Source of the DNA: a virus | Lineage: Duplodnaviria > Caudoviricetes | Strand: one strand, 5' to 3' | Virus record (IMG/VR): IMGVR_UViG_3300014208_000023 | Location: 224,001-288,000 of that record | DNA length: 64,000 nt | Shown: positions 38,799 through 48,807 of the stretch, piece after piece | Layout of the letters: every line of letters starts with the position of its first letter | How positions within the stretch are numbered: position 1 is the first letter of the stretch | Program-made: the position numbers and the translations under genes | Notes under the pieces: generated by a model | Database searches by the model: none | What the model was told of the DNA's origin: nothing | The model's input: the letters and a program-made list of their open reading frames with translations, nothing else

Positions 38799-39568
38799 CT
38801 TGTTTCTCCACTTTTAATCGGTTTAGGTAATACGGCCTTTTTGCCTTCAGAACAATGATCTAGGAACCCGCACCAGTTACATAAATAAGATGCGCTGGGT
38901 TGAAATTCTTTTTCATTCTGCATGTCTTGTGCAAAATTTATGAAAGTTTGCTTCATCTCCATTATTTCTTGCCTATTAAACTCTTTGGTTATACAGCAAA
39001 ATCCATGACGAAGAAACATATATGAACACCTTATAGTTTGTAGGGACGGATCTTCTGTCATCATTACGTAACTATAAACTTGCATCTGGAAGAAATCATC
39101 TTCATAATACTTCATATTCTTTGAAGTTTTATAGTCTAGAACATGCAGCATACCGTCAGGGTCTTTTTGGCACCTATCTATCATGCCTATGAGTGTTACT
39201 ACACCATCTATATCAAGTTTAAAATTCTTCTCGACACCAATAATTTCTGCTGGGGTTTCTTGGGCTGCAAGAATTTGCAGATACTCGTCGATAGTTCTAT
39301 AGGCCTCCTTCATATCGTCTTCCGATAGTTTGGCGCCATACTTTTTCTGAGCTTCTTTGAAGCACTTTCCCATAGTTTGACTTTGATTAATGCTTGCATC
39401 TGCCATTAAAGCAAGGTGAAAATCCTCTAGCACCATGTGGAGCATTTTACCATAGTCAAAAAACAAAAAGTCTTTTGGCTTTAGTTTAAGGAGATAATTG
39501 TATTCGAATTTTTTTTTACAACTCTCAAAGGTTTTGGCCTTTGAAACGCTTATTTTGTATAATGACAT
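38789..39568 (-). CDS. PD-(D/E)XK exonuclease, RecB/AddB/Cas4-like with four-Cys staple
   Basis: SVSKAKTFESC, GKMLH, GMIDR...LDYKTSK, QMQVY, CNWCGFLDHC. Confidence 0.8.
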   Translation of the reverse strand: MSLYKISVSKAKTFESCKKKFEYNYLLKLKPKDFLFFDYGKMLHMVLEDFHLALMADASINQSQTMGKCFKEAQKKYGAKLSEDDMKEAYRTIDEYLQILAAQETPAEIIGVEKNFKLDIDGVVTLIGMIDRCQKDPDGMLHVLDYKTSKNMKYYEDDFFQMQVYSYVMMTEDPSLQTIRCSYMFLRHGFCCITKEFNRQEIMEMKQTFINFAQDMQNEKEFQPSASYLCNWCGFLDHCSEGKKAVLPKPIKSGETSWT

Positions 39569-39595
39569 TTTTCTTACTTACTATATATCAGGCAC

Positions 39596-40207
39596 TTATT
39601 CTACGACGTTATGTCGCCGCTTTTGGCATCCATCTAAATTATTTTGCTTTGCAGAGAGTGGCCGTAAATTTGATAGGCTCCAGCATTTTTTAAATTGCTC
39701 ACATTCTGTATTTTCATAATGAAAAATAGAATGAGGGACAATATGATCTAGTTGCCACGTCCAGGTTAAAGGATTATTATCATCCCAAGTTTTTGAGCTA
39801 TATCTTCCTTGGTTTCCCCAATTCATCCAGGGTTCAAACAATAACTCTATGTGTGTTTTTAATTCTTCTAATGAATATGGTAAATTTGCAATAAAAGAAT
39901 TGCCCTTCTTCGTCGAGCCTCTTTGTTTAAAATAAGCTCTAACTTGCCTAGATATGTTGCTTCTGAAACGGAAAACTGAATCAGTTTCTCTTTTCATTCG
40001 ACGATATTTCTTTTTAGCTTTTCTATTTATCTCAGGATTTTCTTTACTATATTGCTTGCTCTTTGCTAATAGAGCGGATTTATTGTTCTTATAATAGATT
40101 CTAGCAATTAAAGCAGCACAAGCCATGCACTCTCCTCGGCCTTGCCTAAAGAGATCTAATGATTTTTCTAATCCGCAAGGACCCTTACATCTTTTCAATT
40201 GATCCAA
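39596..40207 (-). CDS. HNH endonuclease with N-terminal Cys finger
   Basis: CKGPC...CMAC; WQLDHIVP...WSLSNLRPL...QN; TTG start. Confidence 0.75.
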   Translation of the reverse strand: MDQLKRCKGPCGLEKSLDLFRQGRGECMACAALIARIYYKNNKSALLAKSKQYSKENPEINRKAKKKYRRMKRETDSVFRFRSNISRQVRAYFKQRGSTKKGNSFIANLPYSLEELKTHIELLFEPWMNWGNQGRYSSKTWDDNNPLTWTWQLDHIVPHSIFHYENTECEQFKKCWSLSNLRPLSAKQNNLDGCQKRRHNVVE

Positions 40208-40216
40208 AAACTAAAA

Positions 40217-41191
40217 TTACATTAACGTACGTCTCATCCACAGGTGCCAAGGATAAACATGGACGCTTCCGGGTTCGCGTCCGAAAACTAAATTACTAAA
40301 ACTATTTAGACTTGGTTCAGTTGGCGTGTATTGCCATTCGCTTATGATCCACCTATTAACGGCGCTATCTCTATAATAAGTCTTCATAGTTCCAGTATTT
40401 GGATTGTAATGTGACTTTATAAATGATCCGGTTATTGTTGGAGAATTTAAGTTGTGTGTCGAAAGTAATATTCCATCTTTTATCAATTCAGGATTTTCTA
40501 AAGAAAAATGAGGCCTATTGATTATGGTTGGAGTTAGCAGATCAGTATTAGACGCATCGTGATAAATAACTAATGCTTTTGGATTAAATAATTTATCATT
40601 ATTGCTTGAAAATTCCTGAACAAATTCTATTGGTCCATTTTTCCCAATAACACTTACGTTCTTATCTTTTATCTGTGGTGGTGCGCCAAACACATCAATT
40701 GGGTCATTACTGAATGATGCCGGATTTCCGCTTTCATCGTATCCATTTGGAACTGAAGGTAATGATTGGTCATATATTGTATTGGCGGAGCTACCTACGC
40801 CAGTATATTGAGTATTTGATCCTGGATTGGTCGTTCCAAAAGGAAACAAACTATTTCCATTAGCGGAGTTACCTATGCTAGCTTGTGTTGCTTGTGGAAA
40901 CTTGGCGCCACCACTAAAATTTACTACGGAAGAAAGGTCTCCGGTAAAGGTTTGCGAAACTACTGATGATGTATTCGTTCCATCAGTTGCCAATACATTT
41001 AATGTAACCTGCGAAAGGGATGATGGCAGCCTTATTGGTGATACATAAACTGATGAATTTGTGTTAGGTAATGTTCCATCTATCGTGAAAAATACGACCG
41101 CAGGAATGTTTGTTGAAACAGTTATTGTGTCTGGGATGCCACGAAGAGTCTCGTGGGCTGATTGTGTTAGCGTTAGTGAAATTACTGACAC
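40217..41191 (-). CDS. Hypothetical protein with N-terminal Fn3-associated/CHB_HEX_C-like domain (possible virion protein)
   Basis: VFFTIDGTLPNTNSSVYVSPIRL matches the YYTxDGSxP...S..Y..PI pattern. Confidence 0.55.
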   Translation of the reverse strand: MSVISLTLTQSAHETLRGIPDTITVSTNIPAVVFFTIDGTLPNTNSSVYVSPIRLPSSLSQVTLNVLATDGTNTSSVVSQTFTGDLSSVVNFSGGAKFPQATQASIGNSANGNSLFPFGTTNPGSNTQYTGVGSSANTIYDQSLPSVPNGYDESGNPASFSNDPIDVFGAPPQIKDKNVSVIGKNGPIEFVQEFSSNNDKLFNPKALVIYHDASNTDLLTPTIINRPHFSLENPELIKDGILLSTHNLNSPTITGSFIKSHYNPNTGTMKTYYRDSAVNRWIISEWQYTPTEPSLNSFSNLVFGREPGSVHVYPWHLWMRRTLM

Positions 41192-41500
41192 TTACTCCAC
41201 CAAATTCAGAAATTTATTACTTCTTTTGATTAATTTTTGTTTAACCATCATTCTATAGGCTTTGTGTGCCGCCCTACGGAATGCATATGATATTAATTTA
41301 TAGCTTTCTTTGTTTTCACGCCTATATATTTGCATGAATTGATTTGAATAATTTAAAAGCTCTACTTCTGGGCTAGGGCCTTTATTAATCGTATTTTCAG
41401 AAATACGAGCTTGAGCATATCTAAAAAGTATTAGATAAAATTCTTCCGGGCCAGCGGTTTCGAATTTTTCAATGAAATGTTGTTTTGAAGTATTTTGCAT
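41192..41500 (-). CDS. Hypothetical protein
   Basis: 102-aa ORF in operon. Confidence 0.6.
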   Translation of the reverse strand: MQNTSKQHFIEKFETAGPEEFYLILFRYAQARISENTINKGPSPEVELLNYSNQFMQIYRRENKESYKLISYAFRRAAHKAYRMMVKQKLIKRSNKFLNLVE

Positions 41501-41512
41501 CTGCTTCTTAAA

Positions 41513-42106
41513 CTATACTAATTTATGAACTATTATTTCGGCTTGACGAGCTAAATCATTGAGTGATCCATTATTTTCTATAACATGATCAAAAAATGTG
41601 TCAGGTATTTCTAACTGTGCCGTTTCCGATATGTCATCTATTTGAGGAACTCCAGGCCTTTTTAATCGAACCATACAAAATCCATGGCTCTTTAAGTAAT
41701 TGATTTCATTAGGAAATCTGACATCTGAAACGACATAAACCTTTAATGATTTATTTTTATCCGCATCTTGAACCAATGCATTTAGCCAAATATCTGTATT
41801 GTATTTTCGGCCAAGAGTGCCTATATCCATAAGCATTTTTCTATAGGTTAGAGGTTGCTCATTTAAGTCCCTAAAATCTCCGGGAACTAATTTTGACCTT
41901 AACTCGCTTTCTCCCCATAGGCATTGAGGGTCTGCATTCGGAATCATTTGCATTACTATATTTTTGATTGGATCCGCGACCGCAACTATTTTGTGGTCAT
42001 TAACGAATTCGCTAGATACGCTTATTGGGATTATATTTTCCACGATCATTTGCGCTAAAGTATTTTTTCCCGTTCGCGCTTGTCCTGAAATTGCTATTTT
42101 TATCAT
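41513..42106 (-). CDS. Deoxynucleoside monophosphate kinase (T4 gp1-like)
   Basis: IAISGQARTGKN P-loop; VVSDVRFPNE. Confidence 0.8.
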   Translation of the reverse strand: MIKIAISGQARTGKNTLAQMIVENIIPISVSSEFVNDHKIVAVADPIKNIVMQMIPNADPQCLWGESELRSKLVPGDFRDLNEQPLTYRKMLMDIGTLGRKYNTDIWLNALVQDADKNKSLKVYVVSDVRFPNEINYLKSHGFCMVRLKRPGVPQIDDISETAQLEIPDTFFDHVIENNGSLNDLARQAEIIVHKLV

Positions 42107-42107
42107 T

Positions 42108-44291
42108 TTACCATCCGTTAGAGACTTTGGCTGTTGAGTTTAGGTTGTTGTCCTGTTCCACTACTATAGCATGACTAAACTTCATTTTCAGTTCATTATT
42201 GTGAGTGATTATTAGTATTTTGTAATCCTTCTGTAACTCCTTGATTGCTTGCTCAAAAGTTTCTAGCGCAGCTTCGTCTAGTGACTGGTCAGCCTCGTCA
42301 ATCAGTATCATCTTCAAATCAATTCCCAGCCTTTTGCTAATGACCGCAGCCAAGCCTAATCGTAGAGCTAGGGACACTAATAGTTTTTGCGCCCCTGAAA
42401 GCTGTGAGAACTCAAGCTCGGTGTTATTTAAGAAATACGTAATCTCTAAAGTATCAGACATTTCGCCGTCACTTCGCTCATTTTCAGTTAAAAACTGAAG
42501 CCTTAATCCTGGTCGAAGTCTATCTAGCATATTATTAGACTCTATTTGATAGTCATCTAAAATGGTGTGAGTTATTAGTGCGGGAATTCCGCTGGGACCA
42601 AAAGCAGTTAATACTTTTTGATGTAAAGCAAATTGATATTCTAATTGCAACAGATCTTTTTGTAGATTTGCAATCTTTTCTTTATCAGAATTTTTCTGTT
42701 GTATTTTATGATTTAATACCGCTTCCTCATTTGATAGGGAAGACAGGTTATCAAAATAATGTTTTCTCTCTTGAGATGCGCTTAATGATTGCGCCTTAAG
42801 ATTTCCAAGATCCTTATTTAGGATATTCTCACGATCTTTTAAAGAGCTTCCGGCATATTTTGCAATAAGGTCTAGCTTAATCCCCTCTTTTGTTTTTAGC
42901 TCTTTTTCTTTAGAAGATTTTAGTCCTTTGAACTCATCAGCCATAGTTGCCGATGACATAGTGTTCTTCTTTTCTTTTTCAAGTTCAAAATCCTTATCTT
43001 TTAGAAGAGAGGCGGATACTCTAGCTGAATCTTGCTCTTTCTCAAGAAATGCTAACTGCTCCCTTAATATTGAGACGGAGGATTTTAGCTTAACAACTCG
43101 CGCGCTGATTTCCTGTTTTTCAGTATCTATAGATGCTTGGCATAAGGCCCTCGCCTTTGGATCTACCGTCTGACGACAATGCTTACATACGGCATCTTCA
43201 GTCAATGGAACACTTAAGTCCTTATATTTTGACGTAAGCTGCTTGAAATCAGATTCCTGCTCCAACATTTTGGAGCGAACGTCATTTATATCATTTTTTA
43301 TTTTCTCATCGCTACGAATCTTAATTGATTTTATGCTTTTGATTTCACCAACAAGAGCCTTAACGCGATCAAAACTAATCTTCTCATTTCGTTCAAGTTC
43401 AGATATTCTTGTAGAATATTTAGAAATTTCAGAATTAAGAGTAAATATCTCCCTATCTACTTCAAGTAGATTCTTATTGGAATCTTTTATTTGATCCGCA
43501 AGATCATTTAGCTCTTTTTGTTTTGTAATTATTTCTGCAGTCAATTCTGACATCTTACATTCAGATGCCAATAATGCTTTTGAAAACTCCTCTTGAGATG
43601 GTTTTATTAACTCAAGTTTGCTAGCCAATTCAATAATATCTTTTTCAGGCTTACCTAGAGTAGCTATAATTGTTTGAGTTTTTTCAACTTCTTTGGTAAG
43701 CTCGGCCACTTTTTTCTTAATAGAGCTTTCATATTTAGAATAAATACCTAGCTGTAGAGCTTCCTTTAGAGCAGTTTTTCTTTCGCGTGGGGTCATGGCA
43801 GCTATGCCTGACATATCTCCCTGCGCAAATAGAACTGAATTTGAAAACGTTCTATAGTTAATTTTGATTAGTTTAACTATTTCTTTGTCAGTTTCGGTTG
43901 GCGTTCTCTGTGTAAGGTCTTCCCATTCACCATTTATTTTTTTAAATAGACGAACTTCGGCTCCGGGCTTTCTGCCTCTAAATCTTATGATCTTATAAAT
44001 CTGGTTATCAAGAGATGATTGAAATTCAAATGCTACCTTGCAAGAATCGGCGTCATGCTTAATAACTTTCTCAAGCGAGCTAGTATCTACCTCATTAAAT
44101 AGAACGTATTTAATTGCAGCAAATATTGTGGATTTTCCAGCTCCATTGGAAAACTTATCGTTTCCATTAATTTTACCAACTATTACTGCCGCTTGGAAAT
44201 CATCAAAATTAATTATGCTTTTGCTATGACAATAAAAATTCTCTATATCTAATTTAAGAGGTAGCATTTGATTCCTTTGCTTCTGCCACAA
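42108..44291 (-). CDS. sbcC: SbcC/Rad50-like SMC ATPase
   Basis: SNGAGKSTI Walker A, CKHC zinc hook in coiled coil, LSGAQK signature, LIDE Walker B, ITHN. Confidence 0.9.
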   Translation of the reverse strand: MWQKQRNQMLPLKLDIENFYCHSKSIINFDDFQAAVIVGKINGNDKFSNGAGKSTIFAAIKYVLFNEVDTSSLEKVIKHDADSCKVAFEFQSSLDNQIYKIIRFRGRKPGAEVRLFKKINGEWEDLTQRTPTETDKEIVKLIKINYRTFSNSVLFAQGDMSGIAAMTPRERKTALKEALQLGIYSKYESSIKKKVAELTKEVEKTQTIIATLGKPEKDIIELASKLELIKPSQEEFSKALLASECKMSELTAEIITKQKELNDLADQIKDSNKNLLEVDREIFTLNSEISKYSTRISELERNEKISFDRVKALVGEIKSIKSIKIRSDEKIKNDINDVRSKMLEQESDFKQLTSKYKDLSVPLTEDAVCKHCRQTVDPKARALCQASIDTEKQEISARVVKLKSSVSILREQLAFLEKEQDSARVSASLLKDKDFELEKEKKNTMSSATMADEFKGLKSSKEKELKTKEGIKLDLIAKYAGSSLKDRENILNKDLGNLKAQSLSASQERKHYFDNLSSLSNEEAVLNHKIQQKNSDKEKIANLQKDLLQLEYQFALHQKVLTAFGPSGIPALITHTILDDYQIESNNMLDRLRPGLRLQFLTENERSDGEMSDTLEITYFLNNTELEFSQLSGAQKLLVSLALRLGLAAVISKRLGIDLKMILIDEADQSLDEAALETFEQAIKELQKDYKILIITHNNELKMKFSHAIVVEQDNNLNSTAKVSNGW

Positions 44292-45456
44292 TAGAGTTTG
44301 CTAGTGAAATAAAATCATCTCTATAAGATTCTTCTACGTTTTCGCCGGCATACATTTTAATAGCCGTCATCTCATTAACTGTGTTATCCATATTTTCCAT
44401 ACCAGCGGCTTTCTTTACTTGAACGACTTTTCTTTCTTGGTCAATTCTTGGAATATGGAATGCTCCCATTTGCATTATGGCCTCTTCAACTTTTGACTTA
44501 TTTATGCTTATAAGGTCCGGACTCTCATAGCTAATATGCATTCGGACAATTGCATTTAATAGGTTTTGTTCGCCGTTCTTTAATTGATCAATAACAAAAG
44601 CAGTCGTATCTGTAATACTTGCTGGAACTGACACCGAAATCTGTTTTAGAGGCCGAGTAGGGAGGTCTAGATAGCTAACAATATCTTTTTTTGAGGTGTC
44701 TATAATGGCTATAATTTTCGAATGAGTATTTTCCGAGAAATTGGATAAATCCATACTTCCAATGTGAGAAATAAATGGATCTTTGGACATTATTTGTGGT
44801 TTATGAATGTGTCCCATAAAAGTAAAGTCATAGTCCTTGAATGTTGCTAGTGGTATAAAAAGCTCATTATGCATATCATCAACTTCGTCTCCGACCGGCA
44901 GCGATCCGACAAGCGCAAAATGTCCAACCATAATATTTATGTTTCTATCATCCATACCAAGACGCTCATATCTAATTTTATCTTGAACAATCTTTACCGC
45001 CTCTGAATTGAGATTGGTATTGAATGACCTTCTATCTCTAAATGGCAGTATCGTAAATGATACTCCCGGAAGGTCCAGCGTGGATATATCATTATATATG
45101 AATACGTTTTCAATATCTGCCGCCGAAATTATATCAAAAGCTGACATATTATGTTGTCCGCTTCTAATAATATCGTGATTGCCTTTACATATACAAATAG
45201 AAATATCATTATCAGTACATTTTTTAAGCCACTCAATAAATAAGGCAACTAACGTTGGGCTAGGCCGAGGATCCTCAAACACGTCCCCTGTAGTGATTAT
45301 GTGCGAGGCTTGATGAATTATGGCCTGTTCTAATACCCAATCTAATAAAGCAAACTGGTCTCTAATTCTACTATTAAGAGTTGATCCAACTCCTCCCTTT
45401 CCAAGGGAAACGCCCTTGCCACAATGAATATCTCCAAGAATTATAGCTACTGACAT
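44254..45456 (-). CDS. sbcD: SbcD/Mre11-like nuclease
   Basis: GDIH, TGDVF, GNHD, MGH, GHIH metallophosphoesterase motifs; adjacent to sbcC. Confidence 0.9.
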   Translation of the reverse strand: MSVAIILGDIHCGKGVSLGKGGVGSTLNSRIRDQFALLDWVLEQAIIHQASHIITTGDVFEDPRPSPTLVALFIEWLKKCTDNDISICICKGNHDIIRSGQHNMSAFDIISAADIENVFIYNDISTLDLPGVSFTILPFRDRRSFNTNLNSEAVKIVQDKIRYERLGMDDRNINIMVGHFALVGSLPVGDEVDDMHNELFIPLATFKDYDFTFMGHIHKPQIMSKDPFISHIGSMDLSNFSENTHSKIIAIIDTSKKDIVSYLDLPTRPLKQISVSVPASITDTTAFVIDQLKNGEQNLLNAIVRMHISYESPDLISINKSKVEEAIMQMGAFHIPRIDQERKVVQVKKAAGMENMDNTVNEMTAIKMYAGENVEESYRDDFISLANSIVAEAKESNATS

Positions 45457-46073
45457 ACATTCCTATAAGTTTTATTTGTTAAAAGTTTCCAGATTGTTGT
45501 CCTATCAACTTTGTATTTAATTGCTAACTGTGATGTGGTTACATTTTTATTTTTGAATTCTTCCCTAATACAAATAACTTGATCGTCTGTAAATTTAGAT
45601 TGAGCCGACCGAATATTAAACATTCCGTTCTTGGCTCCAAGATTAATGGAGCGATTCCTGTTTGCATTACCAATTTTTGTACGGGCCTCTTCAGAAACTA
45701 AATGCCCTTTTTGCGCTTCTGACATTCGTTTTTTAGTTTCATTTGAAATGAATCTATTCACTGTTCCATTAATAGTTTTATTGTATCCGTATTTGGAATT
45801 TAGAGCGTCGTACTGAATTATAAGATCGTTCTCTAAAAAATTCAACAAATCAGCTGTTGGCGCTTGTGCTATTACGTCAAACAAGAAATTTTGAATGCCA
45901 TATTTATTCATAGAGGCGTATAGATGGTAATTTTTCTTACCATCATTTCTGCTATGGTATTTATGACTATTCCATCTTACCCTGGGGTCATTACTTTGTC
46001 CTATATAATTTTTCCCATTAATAATATTGGTTATTTTATACACACAAAAATATCCATCAGGCACTACGGACAT
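45447..46073 (-). CDS. GIY-YIG homing endonuclease with NUMOD3-like repeats and C-terminal HTH
   Basis: CVYKITNIINGKNYIGQS; SNETKKRMSEAQKG and SEEARTKIG repeats. Confidence 0.85.
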   Translation of the reverse strand: MSVVPDGYFCVYKITNIINGKNYIGQSNDPRVRWNSHKYHSRNDGKKNYHLYASMNKYGIQNFLFDVIAQAPTADLLNFLENDLIIQYDALNSKYGYNKTINGTVNRFISNETKKRMSEAQKGHLVSEEARTKIGNANRNRSINLGAKNGMFNIRSAQSKFTDDQVICIREEFKNKNVTTSQLAIKYKVDRTTIWKLLTNKTYRNVCQ

Positions 46074-46744
46074 TCGTACTTTCCTATTCTTTTTTCTAAT
46101 TCACTTATTACGTGATTGATTCCGCTAACATCAATTACTCTTTCTCGCTCACGCTTGCCTTTGCCTCTCATTGCGGAGTCAAATGCCCTAGTGATTACAT
46201 CTGCAAATAATATTGCTTCGGATGTATTGTGCTCTTTAAGAAAATTTCTAATAAGTGCCGAGAACTTTAGAAAAAGGTCCTCTTTCTCTTTAGATCTAAA
46301 TCCTAAAGCTTCATTATCCTCGTCACTTTCGAAGTTATCTAGTAACTTTTCGGCAGCATCTGTTTTAGATATGCCTTCTAAGGCTGCAACAAAATTAACT
46401 GGTCCGCCAGAATTTTTGCAACCAAAACAATGAAAACTGTTGGTGCCATGAAAATACTGAAATGATGGGCTACTGTCATTGTGAAACTTAAATGGGCAGC
46501 GTATTTTAGTATTATATTCGTCAATATCTATTCCATAGTGTTTGCATACGTGCGCAAACTTAACGGTATTGGCCTGCTTAATGCTTATATTTTCTACTTG
46601 AAAATCTTTCTCTAGATCGCAATCACTCCAACTAACTGGTCCAGTTAGGAAACTTTGTGATCTAACACCATCTCTAGGGCTTCTATTTTTGATTGGTGCC
46701 TTAAAATTACTAAAGGATCTGCTTTGACTTTGAAGTATTGACAT
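46064..46744 (-). CDS. Stand-alone CHC2 zinc-finger protein (DnaG zinc-binding domain)
   Basis: CPFKFHNDSSPSF...FHCFGCKNSGGPVNFV...DAAEKL. Confidence 0.85.
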   Translation of the reverse strand: MSILQSQSRSFSNFKAPIKNRSPRDGVRSQSFLTGPVSWSDCDLEKDFQVENISIKQANTVKFAHVCKHYGIDIDEYNTKIRCPFKFHNDSSPSFQYFHGTNSFHCFGCKNSGGPVNFVAALEGISKTDAAEKLLDNFESDEDNEALGFRSKEKEDLFLKFSALIRNFLKEHNTSEAILFADVITRAFDSAMRGKGKRERERVIDVSGINHVISELEKRIGKYECP

Positions 46745-46811
46745 AATTGTAGATATGAACTATATTTGTTCTGCTCATCTGCTATTAAATCTAGCAAATC
46801 TTCTTTTGAGA

Positions 46812-47249
46812 TCATGATTCGCCGTGTTTAATTTGCAACTCAAGAACTTTTTTCTCTAATTGCTCAATGCGAAATTTCTGCTGATTAACAATATCTTTAT
46901 GCAAAATCATCATTTTCATAATGAGCTGTGCTAAGGCTATGCTTCCCGCTCCCTCTGGCTGCGAATCATCAGCATTAATGTCGGAAGCTAATTGAGATAG
47001 CTGCATTAATGTTTCAGACTCTAGGTCTTTAATTAGAGCGTTTTTATTTTCAGGAAGAATAGAGCTTTCCATTATTCCCTTGAATTTTACTCCAAGATCC
47101 CATGAGCGCTTTTTGTATTCAGTTAATCTGCCTGCCGCCTCTTCAGCTACCGCTTTGAAGGCAGCGGCAGTCGAGCTAGCTGGAGCGGCTACCGTGGATT
47201 TGTCATTATTGATTTTTAGACCTTTGGGGCCTTTTGGCTCATTAGACAT
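46812..47249 (-). CDS. Hypothetical protein
   Basis: 145-aa ORF in operon. Confidence 0.65.
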   Translation of the reverse strand: MSNEPKGPKGLKINNDKSTVAAPASSTAAAFKAVAEEAAGRLTEYKKRSWDLGVKFKGIMESSILPENKNALIKDLESETLMQLSQLASDINADDSQPEGAGSIALAQLIMKMMILHKDIVNQQKFRIEQLEKKVLELQIKHGES

Positions 47250-47251
47250 AA

Positions 47252-47713
47252 TTATTTCTTCTGTGAAACCACTAGATAATCGCCAACTACTTCAAAATCA
47301 AAATCTGGAACCGCAGCTTCTAGGGCAGGAATTACTGAAGAAACTTTATATTTCATCATGCATCTAGTTGGATCCGCATTAATAGTTGTGCAATATTTCT
47401 CAACCGTCTGACCGACTAGGCCAAATAAACCAAGCTCTCTTCCCCTAATTGAGTTCCAAATTTTTTCTGACATTGGAAGTTCTGGAGCCTTCACCGGAAG
47501 GACTTTCGCCTGCTGCTCTTTAATTGCAGGTTTTGCGGCAGCTTTGGCATGTTTTACGGCAGGTTTGGCTGGCTGAACTGGCTTAATGTCTGCGGTTAGA
47601 TCCTTGGCTGCCGAAACCTTATCTAGCCCAGATACTGTCTTAAGTGGCTTGGATTTTGGTTTTGCGACTACGGCCTGCTCTACTTGATTAGTTTCTTCGT
47701 TTTTCATTTGCAT
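47252..47713 (-). CDS. Hypothetical protein with Lys/Ala/Pro-rich N-terminal region
   Basis: Start corrected to ATG 47713 preceded by AGGAG. Confidence 0.65.
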   Translation of the reverse strand: MQMKNEETNQVEQAVVAKPKSKPLKTVSGLDKVSAAKDLTADIKPVQPAKPAVKHAKAAAKPAIKEQQAKVLPVKAPELPMSEKIWNSIRGRELGLFGLVGQTVEKYCTTINADPTRCMMKYKVSSVIPALEAAVPDFDFEVVGDYLVVSQKK

Positions 47714-47738
47714 AATTCTCCTAAAGTTAATATAACGA

Positions 47739-47948
47739 CTAGTTACCAGAATTCTTTTTTGTTTCGTCCATAATATTTTGCTGGACAAGCTCGGTCAGCT
47801 TACTTACTATTTTTTTTGTTTCAGTGGCGATGTCGATGTTATTAATTAGTCCCTTTGCCACAATAGCGTTTTCTAGGGCAGTTACCTTTATGAGTAATTC
47901 TGAAATAAGAATTGTCTGCTCATCACGTATTTCATTTTTGTTTGACAT
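47739..47948 (-). CDS. Hypothetical protein
   Basis: 69-aa ORF abutting def stop. Confidence 0.55.
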   Translation of the reverse strand: MSNKNEIRDEQTILISELLIKVTALENAIVAKGLINNIDIATETKKIVSKLTELVQQNIMDETKKNSGN

Positions 47949-48467
47949 TTATACCTTAAGATAACAACATTTTTTGAATTTTTTATTAGAGCCACACTGA
48001 CAAGCTTCATTTGGCTTTTGTTTAATTATTTCAACAATATGTTTGTCTGGAAGCAATATTCCATTCAAATGGTCTAGTTCGTGCTGACAACAAACCGCGA
48101 ACAATCCTGTGGCGATGAAGCTATGTGGATAAACCAAATTATCTACCACATGAATTTCATTAAAACGTTTGGTGTCTTCACGCAAATCTGGAAAGGACAA
48201 GCAGCCTTCTCCTTCAAAAAGGAACTCATCAAATGATTTTTCAATACGACAATTTACCAGATTGACGCTATGCCTGTCGCTAATTCTAATAATTGCTATA
48301 TTTTTAGCAATTCCTATTTGTGGAGCGGCTAAACCAATTCCTGGTCTGCCGGTTATCGCGGAATTTGATAACTCTTTTTCTAGAAGAGCAACTAGCTCAC
48401 CTACTTCGCTAGCAAGAACCGGCTCGCATTTAACCCTTAAGGCTTCCTCGTTATTGGTAATAATCAT
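47949..48467 (-). CDS. def: Peptide deformylase with C-terminal SEC-C motif
   Basis: GIGLAAPQIG, EGCLS, QHELDHLNG; tail KPNEACQCGSNKKFKKCC. Confidence 0.92.
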   Translation of the reverse strand: MIITNNEEALRVKCEPVLASEVGELVALLEKELSNSAITGRPGIGLAAPQIGIAKNIAIIRISDRHSVNLVNCRIEKSFDEFLFEGEGCLSFPDLREDTKRFNEIHVVDNLVYPHSFIATGLFAVCCQHELDHLNGILLPDKHIVEIIKQKPNEACQCGSNKKFKKCCYLKV

Positions 48468-48512
48468 TTCGTCTTACGGAGACTATATCATAAGATCCGC
48501 GCTTCTCGACAA

Positions 48513-48719
48513 TTATTTTGATTTGCCGCAGCCACAACCTTTTGGCTTAACGTCCGACAATACTACAAATCTCTTTAGACATATAGAGCACATTCTTGAT
48601 TGGGTAGAGCACATCTCGCAAATACAAGAAAGATTATTGGCTATTAATCCCTGACACCGAACACATATTCTATTATTCGTCTCAATGATTGCTAGTGTAG
48701 AACATTTTTCACAAAACAT
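48513..48719 (-). CDS. Small Cys-rich protein
   Basis: CEKC, CVRC, CICEMC, CSIC, GCGCG. Confidence 0.6.
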   Translation of the reverse strand: MFCEKCSTLAIIETNNRICVRCQGLIANNLSCICEMCSTQSRMCSICLKRFVVLSDVKPKGCGCGKSK

Positions 48720-48750
48720 AATTCATTCCTATAATATACGGTTTAATTAA

Positions 48751-48786
48751 ACAAAAGGGGCGTATGAAGTAAATCATACGCCCCTT
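48751..48786 (-). terminator. Rho-independent terminator
   Basis: 13-bp perfect stem AAGGGGCGTATGA/TCATACGCCCCTT, 6-nt loop, T-rich tail on minus strand. Confidence 0.85.
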
Positions 48787-48807
48787 AACTAACACTTACA
48801 TTAATTA

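Noticed and set aside
45447-46073. Group I intron hosting the GIY-YIG gene
   Set aside because: The flanking genes are intact and overlap the endonuclease ORF directly, leaving no room for intron core structure.
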